From positions 1 to 64,000 of the forward strand of contig JBKBRF010000025.1 in assembly GCA_046292385.1 (NCBI GenBank): a stretch of DNA of 64,000 bases. The letters are read 5' to 3'. Of the stretch, positions 1 through 10,131 are shown in pieces. The translations under genes were made by a program, and so were the position numbers. Each line of letters opens with the position of its first letter. Within the stretch, counting starts at the first letter, position 1. This DNA is from Armatimonadota bacterium (GTDB lineage Bacteria > Armatimonadota > SYMT01). A model generated the notes under the pieces. It was not told the origin of the DNA, ran no database searches, and was given only the letters and a program-made list of their open reading frames with translations.

Positions 1-150
1 CGGGCGGGACGGGAGTAGGCTGTAAGCACATCCGACTGCTCCGACTGCACAGGGCCGGCACCGCTGAAATACACCGGCACGTGCTCATTCTTCCCCTGCA
101 CCGATTTCGCCAACAGTATCCTTGCGCGGCCTCCCTTCCGGACACACCGA

Positions 151-1905
151 TCAACGCTCACGCGCGGCAGCGTAGACCTGCTTCCCTCCCAGGTAGGTCG
201 CCAGCACCCGGACCTCCTTGATCTCGTCCACGGGACAGGTGAGCAGGTCGCGGTCGAGGACCGCCAGGTCGGCCAGCTTTCCCGGCTCCAGAGAGCCGAC
301 TTCCTTCTCCCGGAACAGGAGGTACGCGTTGTTGCGCGTGTAGAACCGCAGCGCCTGCTCCCGGGTGAGCGCTTCCTGCGGGTGGAGCGGCCGCGGGTAG
401 TCCCGGGCGCGGCGGGTCACCGCGATCCACATCCCGAGGAACGGGTGGTACGGATTGACCGCGCGGAGTGAGCCGATCTTCTGCATGTGGTCCGAGCCGC
501 CGCCGACCACCGCCCCGCTCCGGAAGAGGCTGCGGAGCGGCTGGAAGTAGCGGAGCCGCTCGTTCCCGAACTGGGCCGAGAGCGTGCGGGTGTCGAGGTA
601 GAGCCACGCCGGCTGGATATCGGCCACCACGCCGAGCTTCGGCATGAGCTGCACCGCTTCCGCGCTCATGAAGTTCGCGTGGGTGAGCGACGGCCGCGTC
701 TCCCGCACCGGCAGCGCGCGGTCGATCTCCGCGTAGACGTCGAGCAGCGTGTGGACCGCGCCGTCACCGACGGAGTGGGCGGTGAACTGCATCCCGTTCT
801 CAATGGTCGTGCGCACGATCGGCAGCAGCTTCTCTCGCGGGATGAAGAGCAGGCCGCGGTACTCCGGATCGGTGATCGCGTAGATCTTGCTCGTGCCCCA
901 CGGCTTCCGCATGTAGGCGCTGCCGGTGAGCATGCCGCCGTCGAGATAGGTCTTGATCCCGATGATCCGGAGCAGCGGGTCCGGCTTCCGCAGCGGGCTG
1001 GCGGCGATCTCCCGGATCTGGAGCTGGATCTCCTCCACCGACCCGAGCGTCTCCACGTGCTGCGAGGCGGAGACGCGGACCGGCAGCTCCCCGGCGTCCC
1101 GCAGGTGCCGGTAGCGGGCCAGGGCGTCGGTCTCCGCGTCGCGGTCGCCGATGGTGGTGATGCCGTTCGCGTTGTAGTCCCGCAGCAGCTCGAGCAGGCG
1201 CCGCCGCCGGTCCGCCTCCGTCGGCGCGTGGCCGGGAGTGTCTCCCTTCACGTAGCGGTTCAGGCTGCGGAGGATGCCGGTCGGCTCGCCGGTCCGCGGA
1301 TCGCGCTCCACCTGGCCGGGACCGCCGTCCGTCGGCTGGAAGTCGCGGTCGATCCCCAGCCGCCGCAGCGCCAGGCTGTTCAGCGAGGCGTCCGGCCCCG
1401 TCATAAACGCCACCGGGTTCCGGGGCGCCGCGCGGTCCAGCTCCTCCCGGGTGGGGTAGCGCTGCTCCTTCAGCCGGGTGATGAAGACCTGCCGCAGGAA
1501 GATCCACTCCCCGTCCGGCAGCGCCCCGGCGCGGGCACGGAGGTAGCTCAGCACGTCGCCGACCGTCTCCATCACCGGGATCGGGTGGTCGAACTCGGTC
1601 ATGCTGGCTGCGTTCGGATGCGTGTGGGAGTCGATCAGCCCCGGGATCACCGTCTTGCCGCGGAGATCGACCACCCGCGTCCGGGGCCCCTTCAGCGCCA
1701 GCACCTCGGCGTCGGCTCCCACTCGCAGGATACGCCCGTCCCGCACCGCCAGCGCCTGGCGGATGGAGAACCGATCGTCGACCGTAACGAGCTTCCCACC
1801 GTGCAGGATCAGCTCCGGCGCCGCCTCCGCGTCCGGCGCGGTTCCGGCCGCCAGCGAGAGCGGAAGCGCGGCAAGCAGCGTGAGCGAGAGCAGCAGGCGG
1901 TGCAT
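151..1905 (-). CDS. Amidohydrolase family 3 protein (YtcJ-like), signal peptide
   Basis: PGLIDSHTH metal motif, GIKTYLDG, FTAHSVGD, GGGSD, GSLEPGKLADL; start moved to MHRLL with GAGGAGG RBS. Confidence 0.9.
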   Translation of the reverse strand: MHRLLLSLTLLAALPLSLAAGTAPDAEAAPELILHGGKLVTVDDRFSIRQALAVRDGRILRVGADAEVLALKGPRTRVVDLRGKTVIPGLIDSHTHPNAASMTEFDHPIPVMETVGDVLSYLRARAGALPDGEWIFLRQVFITRLKEQRYPTREELDRAAPRNPVAFMTGPDASLNSLALRRLGIDRDFQPTDGGPGQVERDPRTGEPTGILRSLNRYVKGDTPGHAPTEADRRRRLLELLRDYNANGITTIGDRDAETDALARYRHLRDAGELPVRVSASQHVETLGSVEEIQLQIREIAASPLRKPDPLLRIIGIKTYLDGGMLTGSAYMRKPWGTSKIYAITDPEYRGLLFIPREKLLPIVRTTIENGMQFTAHSVGDGAVHTLLDVYAEIDRALPVRETRPSLTHANFMSAEAVQLMPKLGVVADIQPAWLYLDTRTLSAQFGNERLRYFQPLRSLFRSGAVVGGGSDHMQKIGSLRAVNPYHPFLGMWIAVTRRARDYPRPLHPQEALTREQALRFYTRNNAYLLFREKEVGSLEPGKLADLAVLDRDLLTCPVDEIKEVRVLATYLGGKQVYAAARER

Positions 1906-2059
1906 GGGGGCCTCCTCGGGACACTTGCAATCCAGCTTCCGTAATGGTCCGGCGCCTCCCTTCCGGTCCGCTCCACTTCGGCTCCTGCCGGGAGGCGAAA
2001 CTCGCCGGTCGCACCGGGGTCTATCGCAACATTCGGCACAATCACCCGGGGAGAGGATC

Positions 2060-3544
2060 GTGTTGACTCGACGCGTGGACCGGCGCCGCCTCCTCGGAGG
2101 CGCCCTCGGCGGCGCGGGGCTGCTCATCGTCCCGCCGCGCACCGCCTTTACCTACCAGGCCAACGAGCGGCTGGAGTTGGCGGTGATCGGCCACATCTAC
2201 AACGCCGGCCACTTCACCACCTCGGCGCACATCTACGAGAACGTGCGCCTGGCCGCGCTCTGCGATCCGGAGCAGGCGGAGATCGGGAAGACGCTGCGGG
2301 CGTGGCGGGAGCGGGCGGAGCGCGGCCCCGCCGCGGCGGAAGCGAACGAGCGGCGCGCGGCGGAGTACTACGGGCGGCTGGCGGAGAGCCCGCCGAAGGT
2401 CTACTCCGACCCGCGCCGGCTGCTGGAGCAGATGGGCGACCGCCTCGACGGCCTCGTCGTCTCCGTATTCGACCACCTCCACGGGGCGATCTGCGGCCCG
2501 GCGATCCGCGCCGGCAAGCACGTCTTCAGCGAGCGCCCGCTCGGGCTCACGATCAGCGACGCGCGCGCCCTCCGGGAGCTGGCGGCGCGGCACCGCGTTG
2601 CCACCTCCATCCGGAATCCCGGCAACGCCGCCGGGCCGTTCCGTCGGGCGATCGAGCTGATCCGGGAGGGCGCGATCGGACCGGTGCGGGAGGTGCACGT
2701 CTGGTTTTTCCGCGCTGGGCCGGACCATCGCCAGCCCCCACAGGGCAGCTCCCCGGTTCCGGAAGGACTCGACTGGGAGGCGTGGCTGGGTCCGGCGGCG
2801 TCGCGGCCGTACCACCAGGCATGGACTGCGTACGGCCACTGGAGGGAGCTCTCGAACGGCGGGATCGGGACGTTCGGACCGCACGCGGCGAACATGGCGT
2901 TCATGGGGCTGCGGGTGCAGGACCTCTGGCGCCCCGCGGCCGGCGGCGCGCCGCGGACGATCCGGGTGGAGGGCAGGCCGGAGCGGATCAACCGGCTCTC
3001 GTACCCCCGGTGGGAACTGATCCGCTGGGAGGTCCCCGCGCGCGAGCGAGAGGGGGAGACGCTGCCTCCGGTCACCTTCACCTGGCACCAGGGCCCAGAG
3101 GGTCAGCTCGCGCCCGGCTCGCTGGAGCTGATCACCGGCAAGATGCGGGAGCACGGCGCCGCGCCGGAGCAGGCGCAGGGGCTGCTGCGGGACGCCGGGG
3201 CGCTGATCATCGGCTCGGAGGGCGCCATCGCGACCGATAGCCACAACGTTGTCTTCACCATGCTGCCCGAGGCGAAGTTCCGCGACCTGGTACAGGACCG
3301 GCCGCTGAAGCTGCCCTCCTCGCAGGGCCATTACCGGGACTGGCTGCTCGCGATCCGCGGCGGCGCGGCACCCTGGGCGAGCTTCGACTATGCGGGTCCG
3401 CTCAGCGAATTCCTGATGCTCGGGAATGTCGCCACGCAGTTCGAGGGCGCGCTGGAGTACGATCCGGTCGCCGGCAAGATCCTGAGCCACCCCGAAGCGA
3501 ACGAGAAGCTGAGCTGGAAGTACCGGGAGGGATGGTCGCTGTGA
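2060..3544 (+). CDS. Gfo/Idh/MocA oxidoreductase-like protein, Tat-like RRR leader, degenerate motifs
   Basis: DRRRLL leader, GKHVFSERP, LDWEAWLGPA; paralog of the next gene; GTG start after GAGAGG. Confidence 0.8.
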   Translation: MLTRRVDRRRLLGGALGGAGLLIVPPRTAFTYQANERLELAVIGHIYNAGHFTTSAHIYENVRLAALCDPEQAEIGKTLRAWRERAERGPAAAEANERRAAEYYGRLAESPPKVYSDPRRLLEQMGDRLDGLVVSVFDHLHGAICGPAIRAGKHVFSERPLGLTISDARALRELAARHRVATSIRNPGNAAGPFRRAIELIREGAIGPVREVHVWFFRAGPDHRQPPQGSSPVPEGLDWEAWLGPAASRPYHQAWTAYGHWRELSNGGIGTFGPHAANMAFMGLRVQDLWRPAAGGAPRTIRVEGRPERINRLSYPRWELIRWEVPAREREGETLPPVTFTWHQGPEGQLAPGSLELITGKMREHGAAPEQAQGLLRDAGALIIGSEGAIATDSHNVVFTMLPEAKFRDLVQDRPLKLPSSQGHYRDWLLAIRGGAAPWASFDYAGPLSEFLMLGNVATQFEGALEYDPVAGKILSHPEANEKLSWKYREGWSL

Positions 3545-5019
3545 TGAGCTCCCCGCTGAACCGCCGCCGTTTCCTGAAGAGCGCCGCGGGCACCGGCGCC
3601 GGCCTGCTGATCGTCCCGGCGCGGACCGCCTTCACCTACCAGGCGAACGAGCGGCTCAACCTGGCGCTGGTCGGGGTGGGCGGCTACGCCTGCGCGGCCC
3701 ACTTCGTCCCGGCGCTGCACCTGTACGAGAACGTCGGCGTCGCGGCGATCTGCGACGTCGACGACCGCAAGCTCGCGCCGCACCTGAAGCTCTGGGAGGA
3801 GCGGGCGCGGGAGTGGCCCGCCTCCGCCGAGGAGAAGGAACGGAAGGGCGCGGAGGTCTATCAGCGGGTCTCCGCGGCGGCGACGCGGCCTCCGCTCTTC
3901 CGAGACTTCCGGGAGATGCTGGAGCGGAAGGACCGCGAGATCGACGCGGTGGTCTGCTCTACGCCGGACCACACGCACGCCGTCGTCTCCGCGGCCTCGC
4001 TGCGCGCCGGCAAGCACATCCTGGCGGAGAAGCCGCTCACGATCACCGTTCACGAGGCGCGCGCGCTGCGGCGGCTCGCCGGAGAGCGGAAGCTGGCGAC
4101 CTCCATGGGCAACCAGGGAACCCAGAGCGGCCAGTTTCGGCGGGGGGTCGAGCTGATCCGCGAGGGCATCCTCGGCCCCGTGGAGGAAGTCCACGTCTGG
4201 TACGCCCGCGGCGGCGTGGCGCACCGGCAGCAACCCGCAGGCGAGGAACCGGTGCCGCCGGAGCTCCACTGGGACCTCTGGCTCGGACCGGCGGCGTGGC
4301 GGCCCTACCACTCCCGGTGGATCGCCCGGAACCACTGGCGCGAGACCGGCATCGGGGAGCTGGGGAATTTCGGGCCGCACACGCTGAACCTGGCGTTCAT
4401 GGGGCTCAACATCGCCGACCTCTGGCAGCCCGGCTCACAGCCCCGGATCCGAGTCGAAGCCGAGGCGGCCGAGATCAATCCCCTCTCCTTCCCGCGCTGG
4501 GAAACGATCCGGTGGAAAGTCCCCGCGCGCGGGCAGCAGCCCCCGGTCACGATCACCTGGCACCACGGCCCGGAGCCGAAATTTGCACCCGGCGACCGGG
4601 AGATGCTGCGGCAGCGGGTGCTCGACCTCGGCGGCACCGCGGAGCAGGCGGACTCGCTGGAGCGCGGCACCGGGTGCCTCGTCATCGGCAGCAAGGGCGC
4701 GCTGCTCACCGACAGCCACAACACCCGCTTCGCGCTGCTGCCGGCGGAGCGGTTCCAGGACGTGGAGCAGCAGTCGCCCAGGACGCTGCCCTCCTCGCGC
4801 GGGCACTACCGCGACTGGCTGCACGCCTGCCGCGGCGGCGAGATGCCGCTCGCGAGCTTCGACTACGCCGCCACCTTCAGCGAGTTTCTGGCGCTCGGCA
4901 GCGTCTCCACGCGCTTCGAAGGAGAGCTGGAGTACGATCCGGTCCCCGGACGGGTCACCCACCGCGCCGACGCAAACCAGGCCCTCGGCTACGAGTACCG
5001 CTCGGGCTGGAGGTTGTAG
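3544..5019 (+). CDS. Gfo/Idh/MocA oxidoreductase, Tat signal
   Basis: NRRRFLK, ALVGVGG, STPDHTH, AEKPL, SMGNQG, WDLWLGPA; ATG overlaps the upstream TGA. Confidence 0.9.
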   Translation: MSSPLNRRRFLKSAAGTGAGLLIVPARTAFTYQANERLNLALVGVGGYACAAHFVPALHLYENVGVAAICDVDDRKLAPHLKLWEERAREWPASAEEKERKGAEVYQRVSAAATRPPLFRDFREMLERKDREIDAVVCSTPDHTHAVVSAASLRAGKHILAEKPLTITVHEARALRRLAGERKLATSMGNQGTQSGQFRRGVELIREGILGPVEEVHVWYARGGVAHRQQPAGEEPVPPELHWDLWLGPAAWRPYHSRWIARNHWRETGIGELGNFGPHTLNLAFMGLNIADLWQPGSQPRIRVEAEAAEINPLSFPRWETIRWKVPARGQQPPVTITWHHGPEPKFAPGDREMLRQRVLDLGGTAEQADSLERGTGCLVIGSKGALLTDSHNTRFALLPAERFQDVEQQSPRTLPSSRGHYRDWLHACRGGEMPLASFDYAATFSEFLALGSVSTRFEGELEYDPVPGRVTHRADANQALGYEYRSGWRL

Positions 5020-5048
5020 CAGCCAGGCGCCGCACAGGAGGTCTCCGA

Positions 5049-5678
5049 TTGGCAGATGTCGCGGACGAACAGGAACACGGTCGGCCGCGCGGCCCCGGCT
5101 TGCTCGCTGCCGCGGGAGCGCTCCTGGCCGTCGGATTGCTCCTGCTCGGTGGGAACTGCGCCGCGCAGTACCCGCCGGCAACGAACCTGAGCCTGGCCCT
5201 GAACCCGACCGCCCATGCCGAGGCTGCGGTTTCCAGATCCGGCGAGTATCAGTTGACCCTGGAGCGGGTCGAGGGATCCCCAAACGCTTCGCGGGGGACG
5301 ATCGTGTGCCGGCTGCAGATCGACGGGGCGCCGGTATCGGTCGACTATCCCCTGCGGGAGTGGCGGACCTCGTACTGGACCGGGGGCCGTGAAGGGTGGG
5401 TCTTTCGAAAGGGGCTCCAGTTGAAAGCGGGCGAGCGCCTCGTCCTCGAAGGAACTCTCCGCGGGGCAGATCCCGAGCTTCCGGCGGCGCAGCCGAGCCT
5501 GAACCTGCATCTCGCACCGGAAGAGATGTCGAGGCTGGTAAGCCGCTTCGTCACGCACGGAACCCTCGCCCTCTCGCTCCTGGGGCTCGCCGGCTATCTC
5601 TATGCCCTGGAGCGCCGTCGGGCTGCGGAATGGCAGGAGTCGCAGGCCTCGCTCCAGCGCTGGGGAGAGCCCGACTGA
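5049..5678 (+). CDS. Hypothetical membrane protein (two hydrophobic segments)
   Basis: AGGAGG RBS then TTG; N- and C-terminal TM-like stretches; fills the gap between genes. Confidence 0.55.
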   Translation: MADVADEQEHGRPRGPGLLAAAGALLAVGLLLLGGNCAAQYPPATNLSLALNPTAHAEAAVSRSGEYQLTLERVEGSPNASRGTIVCRLQIDGAPVSVDYPLREWRTSYWTGGREGWVFRKGLQLKAGERLVLEGTLRGADPELPAAQPSLNLHLAPEEMSRLVSRFVTHGTLALSLLGLAGYLYALERRRAAEWQESQASLQRWGEPD

Positions 5679-5702
5679 CTCGTCAGCGCCACGCAGGCCG
5701 CC

Positions 5703-6290
5703 TCAGCGCGCCGGCGTTTCCGGCAGCTCTACCCGGCTGTAGAGGTCAGCCAACGAGATGGAGGCGCCGCGCACCACCTCGAGCGGCACCGACGCCTCGG
5801 GGCCTGCGAATTCCTGGAAGCGCCACTCGGCGCCGTCACGGACAAATCGCTCCACCCGCTGACGATCCGTGGAGACCAGCCAGTACTCGCGCAGCGAGGG
5901 GATCCGGCGATAATGCCCGAACTTCGCGCCCCAGTCGTAGGCTTCCGTCGAGGGGGAAAGGACCTCAACGAGCGCGGAAGGATTCGTCAGAGTGTCCGGG
6001 TCTCGTGGGTCGTGCTCTTCCGGCGGACAGATGATCGAGAGATCGGGATAGGTGTAGATTCCGGTCGCGGCCACGCCCACCCGCTGGTCGCTGCCGTAGG
6101 GGCGGCACGGTGAGTCGCGCAGCAGCGTCCAGAGCAGCCCCATCAGATTGGCGGCGATCTGGTTGTGCACCGGCGATGCGCAGGCCATCGCATAGACTCG
6201 CCCGTTGACGAGCTCGCTCCGGGTCTCGGCCTCCCGCTCCAGCGCCAGGTACTCTTCTGGGGAATAGAGCCGGTCGAAGGCTGCTGACAT
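5703..6290 (-). CDS. Uma2 family (PD-(D/E)XK) endonuclease
   Basis: YSPEEYLALE, ELVNG, YTYPD, VEVLSPST, K..Y..IPSLREYWLV. Confidence 0.92.
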   Translation of the reverse strand: MSAAFDRLYSPEEYLALEREAETRSELVNGRVYAMACASPVHNQIAANLMGLLWTLLRDSPCRPYGSDQRVGVAATGIYTYPDLSIICPPEEHDPRDPDTLTNPSALVEVLSPSTEAYDWGAKFGHYRRIPSLREYWLVSTDRQRVERFVRDGAEWRFQEFAGPEASVPLEVVRGASISLADLYSRVELPETPAR

Positions 6291-6421
6291 GTTGGTTGGC
6301 AGGTTTTGAGGCGGAACTGGCAGCCGCTCTCGCCGCCAGACGGTTGGACGAAAGGACGCGGCTCTCCTGTCCTCATCCACCGCCTGTGCCCCACCGGCGC
6401 CGGTTCGGATAACCTGGGTGC

Positions 6422-7075
6422 GTGCGCCCTCGCTCCGAACAGTACACGAAGCTGCAGGTGCCGGGTCTTCCCGGCGTCTACTTCCGGGACATGCCGCTCG
6501 ACCTGGGCGGCCGCGCCCTGAAGGTGCTCACCGCTTCCGCCGTCGACTTGCTGGGAGCGAAGCACCCGGGCGAGATCCCGTACTGGTGTGTCGCCTGGCC
6601 GGCCGGGATCGCGCTGGCGCGGCTGCTCGCCGGAATGAAGCTGCAGGGGGCGCGGCTGCTGGAGATCGGCTGCGGAGTCGGGATCGGCGGGCTCGGCGCC
6701 GCCGTGTCCGGGGCGGAGGTGCTGCTCACCGATAACCAGCCGGCATCGCTGCGCGTGGCGATGATGAACGCGCGCCGGAACGACCTCCCGCTCCGTGCCG
6801 CCGCCGCGGACTGGCGCCAGTGGCCGCTGCGGGAGCGGTTCGAGCTGGTGGTCGGCAGCGACGTCACCTACCAGCCCGCCGCGGCCGGCGCGCTGCTATC
6901 GGTGCTGGACGCCGCGCTGGAGCCGGGCGGCGAGGCGCTGCTCACCGACCCGGGCCGGCTTACCACCCAGGCCTTCGAGAGCGAGGCCGTGCGGGCAGGC
7001 TGGAGTTGGCAGCGGGAAGAGCTGCCCCGAGAAGGGGCGCAGGCGGTGTTCCTCTACCGCCTGCGCCGCGCTTGA
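6422..7075 (+). CDS. Class I SAM-dependent methyltransferase (METTL21/Nnt1-like)
   Basis: PYW..AWPAG, LLEIGCGVG, VVGSDVTY, LTDPGR. Confidence 0.85.
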   Translation: MRPRSEQYTKLQVPGLPGVYFRDMPLDLGGRALKVLTASAVDLLGAKHPGEIPYWCVAWPAGIALARLLAGMKLQGARLLEIGCGVGIGGLGAAVSGAEVLLTDNQPASLRVAMMNARRNDLPLRAAAADWRQWPLRERFELVVGSDVTYQPAAAGALLSVLDAALEPGGEALLTDPGRLTTQAFESEAVRAGWSWQREELPREGAQAVFLYRLRRA

Positions 7076-7084
7076 CTGCGGCTC

Positions 7085-7160
7085 CAGGTTAGCAGGTCAG
7101 CCGTCCCGCCAGGGTTTCGGAAACCCGCAACCCGCAACCTGCAACCTGCAACCTGCAACT
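7085..7160. repeat. Hairpin element with 7-mer tandem arms (CAGGTTR / AACCYGC x5)
   Basis: CAGGTTAGCAGGTCAGC ... AACCCGC AACCCGC AACCTGC AACCTGC AACCTGC, between convergent genes. Confidence 0.75.
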
Positions 7161-7164
7161 CGGC

Positions 7165-7872
7165 TCAAGGGCAGCCGGCGTAGCGGCTGTTCTCGCCGAC
7201 CAGGCCCCACAGGCTGTCGCGACCGTCGTGCGTGCCGCCCGCGTTCACCCAACGGCCGTCCGGCCGACGGCGCGCCTTCTGGAACTTCGAATGGCCGTCC
7301 ACGTACGCCACGTTCAGGCCTTCCTGGTGGCGGACGGCGATCGGGCTGTTGAACGCGCAGTCGAGCGTGCCGTCGAAGAAGACCGGCTGCTCCGCCGGCA
7401 TCGGCACGCTGGCGAGGTGGCGGGCCGGGCGGGGGCTCGGCATGAACAGGGCGTTGCCCTCGCCGTGCTGGAACAGGCAGTAGTTCCCGTTGTAGCTGAA
7501 CTTGCTGAAGTTCCCGTACGTCCGAAACGGATACCCGCAGGCGGTGAGAAACGCCTGGAACTCCGGGACCGGCTGCTGGCTCGGGCAGACCAGGATCTGC
7601 GCGTTCTTGGTGTAGGGCACGTGCGCGTCGTAGAAGGTGAAGATCTGGCCCGTCGACGCGTTGGCGAGGTAGAGGTTCAGGGCGAAGTACTCGTCGTAGT
7701 CCTGCAGGTAGAGCTGGACGGCCGCCCCGAGTTGTTTCGTGTTACTCAAGCAGCTCGCCTTCCGCGCCGCCTCCCGGGCCTGCGCGAACACCGGGAACAG
7801 AATCGCCGCCAGAATGGCGATAATGGCGATCACCACAAGTAGCTCGATCAGGGTAAAGCCCTTGCGTCGCAT
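7165..7872 (-). CDS. Prepilin-type N-terminal cleavage/methylation protein (DUF1559, H-X9-DG motif)
   Basis: [47 protein letters not shown]. Confidence 0.93.
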   Translation of the reverse strand: MRRKGFTLIELLVVIAIIAILAAILFPVFAQAREAARKASCLSNTKQLGAAVQLYLQDYDEYFALNLYLANASTGQIFTFYDAHVPYTKNAQILVCPSQQPVPEFQAFLTACGYPFRTYGNFSKFSYNGNYCLFQHGEGNALFMPSPRPARHLASVPMPAEQPVFFDGTLDCAFNSPIAVRHQEGLNVAYVDGHSKFQKARRRPDGRWVNAGGTHDGRDSLWGLVGENSRYAGCP

Positions 7873-8038
7873 GCAGAAGTTCCTCAGCCCGCCCCAGCGC
7901 TGATGGAGCCGGACGGTTGGCGAGTGGCCCGGCCAACCCGGCGCCAGTGGAGTACAGTTCTGCTTCGAACACTCTGTTCCTGCTTGATTGCCAGGCAGAT
8001 TGCGACGGTTTTGCGATCTTGGGGAGTCTTGCGGGCGC

Positions 8039-9391
8039 TCAGTCGACCCGGGTGGCGCCCATCACGGCGCGCGGATCCTGGGACTCCAGGCGCCAGACCC
8101 GCTGCTCCAGCGCCTCGGCGCGCGAATCCGGCAGGCAGAGCGCGGCCAGGGACCGGTACTTGGCGGAGACCTCGTCATCCGTCATCGGGTTGCGGGCGTG
8201 CCCGCGGGGATAGGTGACTTCTCTCGTGAGCGTCCGCCCATCGCGCAGGCTGATCTCCAGGCGGTTCGGAATCCCCTCCGGATAGCGCGCCGTCAGCGCC
8301 GGGTCCCGGAGAATCGCAATCTTCTGCATCAGCTCCCGCACGTCCGCCCGCCGGATGCGCTCCTCGGAGAACTGGTCCAGCCCAACCTCCCCATCCAGCA
8401 GGGCGACCGCCACGCAGTACGGCATGCTGTGGTCGGCCGTCTCGCGCGTGGTCGGCTGCCACTTCTCCGACTCGCTGCCGATGATGTCGACCGCCGCGTC
8501 GAAGCTGTGGATCCGGATGGCGGCGACCTGCTCCGCCGGAGCCTGCTCCCGCAGCGTCAGCGCCGCGTCGATGGCGCTCTGGGAGTGATACTCCGCCGGC
8601 CAGAACTTGATAGAGGTCCGCCGGATCATCGAAGGCGGTCCCCAGCTCTCTACGTCGAGGTCGAACGGACCGGAGACCTGGTTCCAGAAGCCCATCGGCC
8701 CCTCGAAGATCTCGAACGGTCCGGTCAGGCCGAGCGACGCGAGCCAGGCGGCGAAGACTCCGTTCCGCGCCGCGTTGGCAAACGCGCAGCCCTTCCAGTG
8801 GGAGAGCTCGCCCGCGCGCGTCTGGCGCAGGGCCGCGGAGTTGACTCCGGCCAGGTTCACCGCCTGCTCCAGGCAGTCGACGTCGAGTCCCATCAGCACT
8901 CCGGCCGCCAGCGCCGTCGAGAAGCAGCCGTAGGTGACGTGATCCCAGCCGCGCAGCCGGATACTGGCGGCGTCGCAGAGGCGGCACTGCATCTCGTAGG
9001 CGAGCGCGATCGCGGCGATCAGCGCGCGGCCGTCCGCACCGGCCGCCTCGGCGACGGCAAAGCAGGCGGGGATGTTGTCGCTCGGGTGCGCCGGCTCCAG
9101 CGATAGGTAGGTGTCGTTGTAGTCGAGGTACCGCACCATCGCGCCGTTGGCGAACGCGGCGAGTCCCGGCAGCGCGGCGCCGCCGGCGCCGAAAACGGCC
9201 GCTCCCGGGCGCGCTTCCGCCGCGGCGGCGGCCTGCCGCACGATTCTGCCCACCTCGCCGTCGTAGGCGCCGTAGGCGCAGCCGAACGAGTCGAGGACCC
9301 GCCGCTTCACCTCGTGGACCGTCTCGGGGGCCAGCTCTTCGAACCGGACCGCGGCGGCGTACTCCGCCAGCCTGCGCGCAAGTGTTTTCAT
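8039..9391 (-). CDS. prpD: MmgE/PrpD family 2-methylcitrate dehydratase
   Basis: [52 protein letters not shown]. Confidence 0.9.
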   Translation of the reverse strand: MKTLARRLAEYAAAVRFEELAPETVHEVKRRVLDSFGCAYGAYDGEVGRIVRQAAAAAEARPGAAVFGAGGAALPGLAAFANGAMVRYLDYNDTYLSLEPAHPSDNIPACFAVAEAAGADGRALIAAIALAYEMQCRLCDAASIRLRGWDHVTYGCFSTALAAGVLMGLDVDCLEQAVNLAGVNSAALRQTRAGELSHWKGCAFANAARNGVFAAWLASLGLTGPFEIFEGPMGFWNQVSGPFDLDVESWGPPSMIRRTSIKFWPAEYHSQSAIDAALTLREQAPAEQVAAIRIHSFDAAVDIIGSESEKWQPTTRETADHSMPYCVAVALLDGEVGLDQFSEERIRRADVRELMQKIAILRDPALTARYPEGIPNRLEISLRDGRTLTREVTYPRGHARNPMTDDEVSAKYRSLAALCLPDSRAEALEQRVWRLESQDPRAVMGATRVD

Positions 9392-9485
9392 GCGTTACCT
9401 CGGGGACGGGGGCCGGCTCGCGGTCCCGCGTGGGGGGAGGCTGCCGGCCGGGTGGCGCCGGCCGGCAGTTGAGCGCCGCGGCGCG

Positions 9486-9782
9486 TCAGGCGGCCTTTCG
9501 TGCTTCCACGTTCTCGCGGCTCACCAGCTTGTTAAAACGGTCCTGCTCGCGGAACACCAGCGCCAGCTTCTTCTCCTCGAACTTCTCGAACCATTCCTCC
9601 CAGGTGATTCGCTCCAGCGACTGCTCGCCGCTGTAGCCGGGGAAGTCGATCCGGATCAGCCCCGCGTCGTCCTCGTCGCCGGTGCCCTTCACCCGCGCGG
9701 GGTGACCGCCGTGCTTCCGCGCCCACTGGACGATGACCTCATGATCGGTGGTCGGCTGTCCGGAGCGTTCCGTCTCCGCCAT
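9486..9782 (-). CDS. Conserved small hypothetical protein (TTDH..I..WA...GG.PA.V type)
   Basis: Strong GGAGGAG RBS; TTDHEVIVQWA, LIRIDFPGY, ITWEEWFEKFE. Confidence 0.75.
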   Translation of the reverse strand: MAETERSGQPTTDHEVIVQWARKHGGHPARVKGTGDEDDAGLIRIDFPGYSGEQSLERITWEEWFEKFEEKKLALVFREQDRFNKLVSRENVEARKAA

Positions 9783-10131
9783 GCTCTCCTCCTTCTCTCA
9801 CCACTGCTGCCACTGCGCGGACCGCGCCGGGCGCGATCCCGCTTTGACTCTTCACCAGGAGACCGCCGGCTCAACCCTCGGCGGCGCCGGTGCGGGGGCG
9901 CGGGGAGTGCCTGACGGTGGCATGCGCCAGGGCCACCGGCTGCCTTACGACTGGATTGCCGGTCCACGCCCTGGTGCGTCAACCGCCGCTCCATGCCCCG
10001 CCTGGCGTCTCGCGAACCCAGGGGCCGGCTGCTCCGTGTCAACCGCGTAATAAGCGGGGAGGCCTGTATTGGGCAGCGCCTCGGAAATGGTGTGGCGCGC
10101 CCTGACGAGCACACGATCGGAGGGAGAGTCA

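Noticed and set aside
1..113. Possible truncated minus-strand ORF (LAKSVQGKNEHVPVYF...) running off the window edge
   Set aside because: Too short, no recognisable motif, cannot be supported
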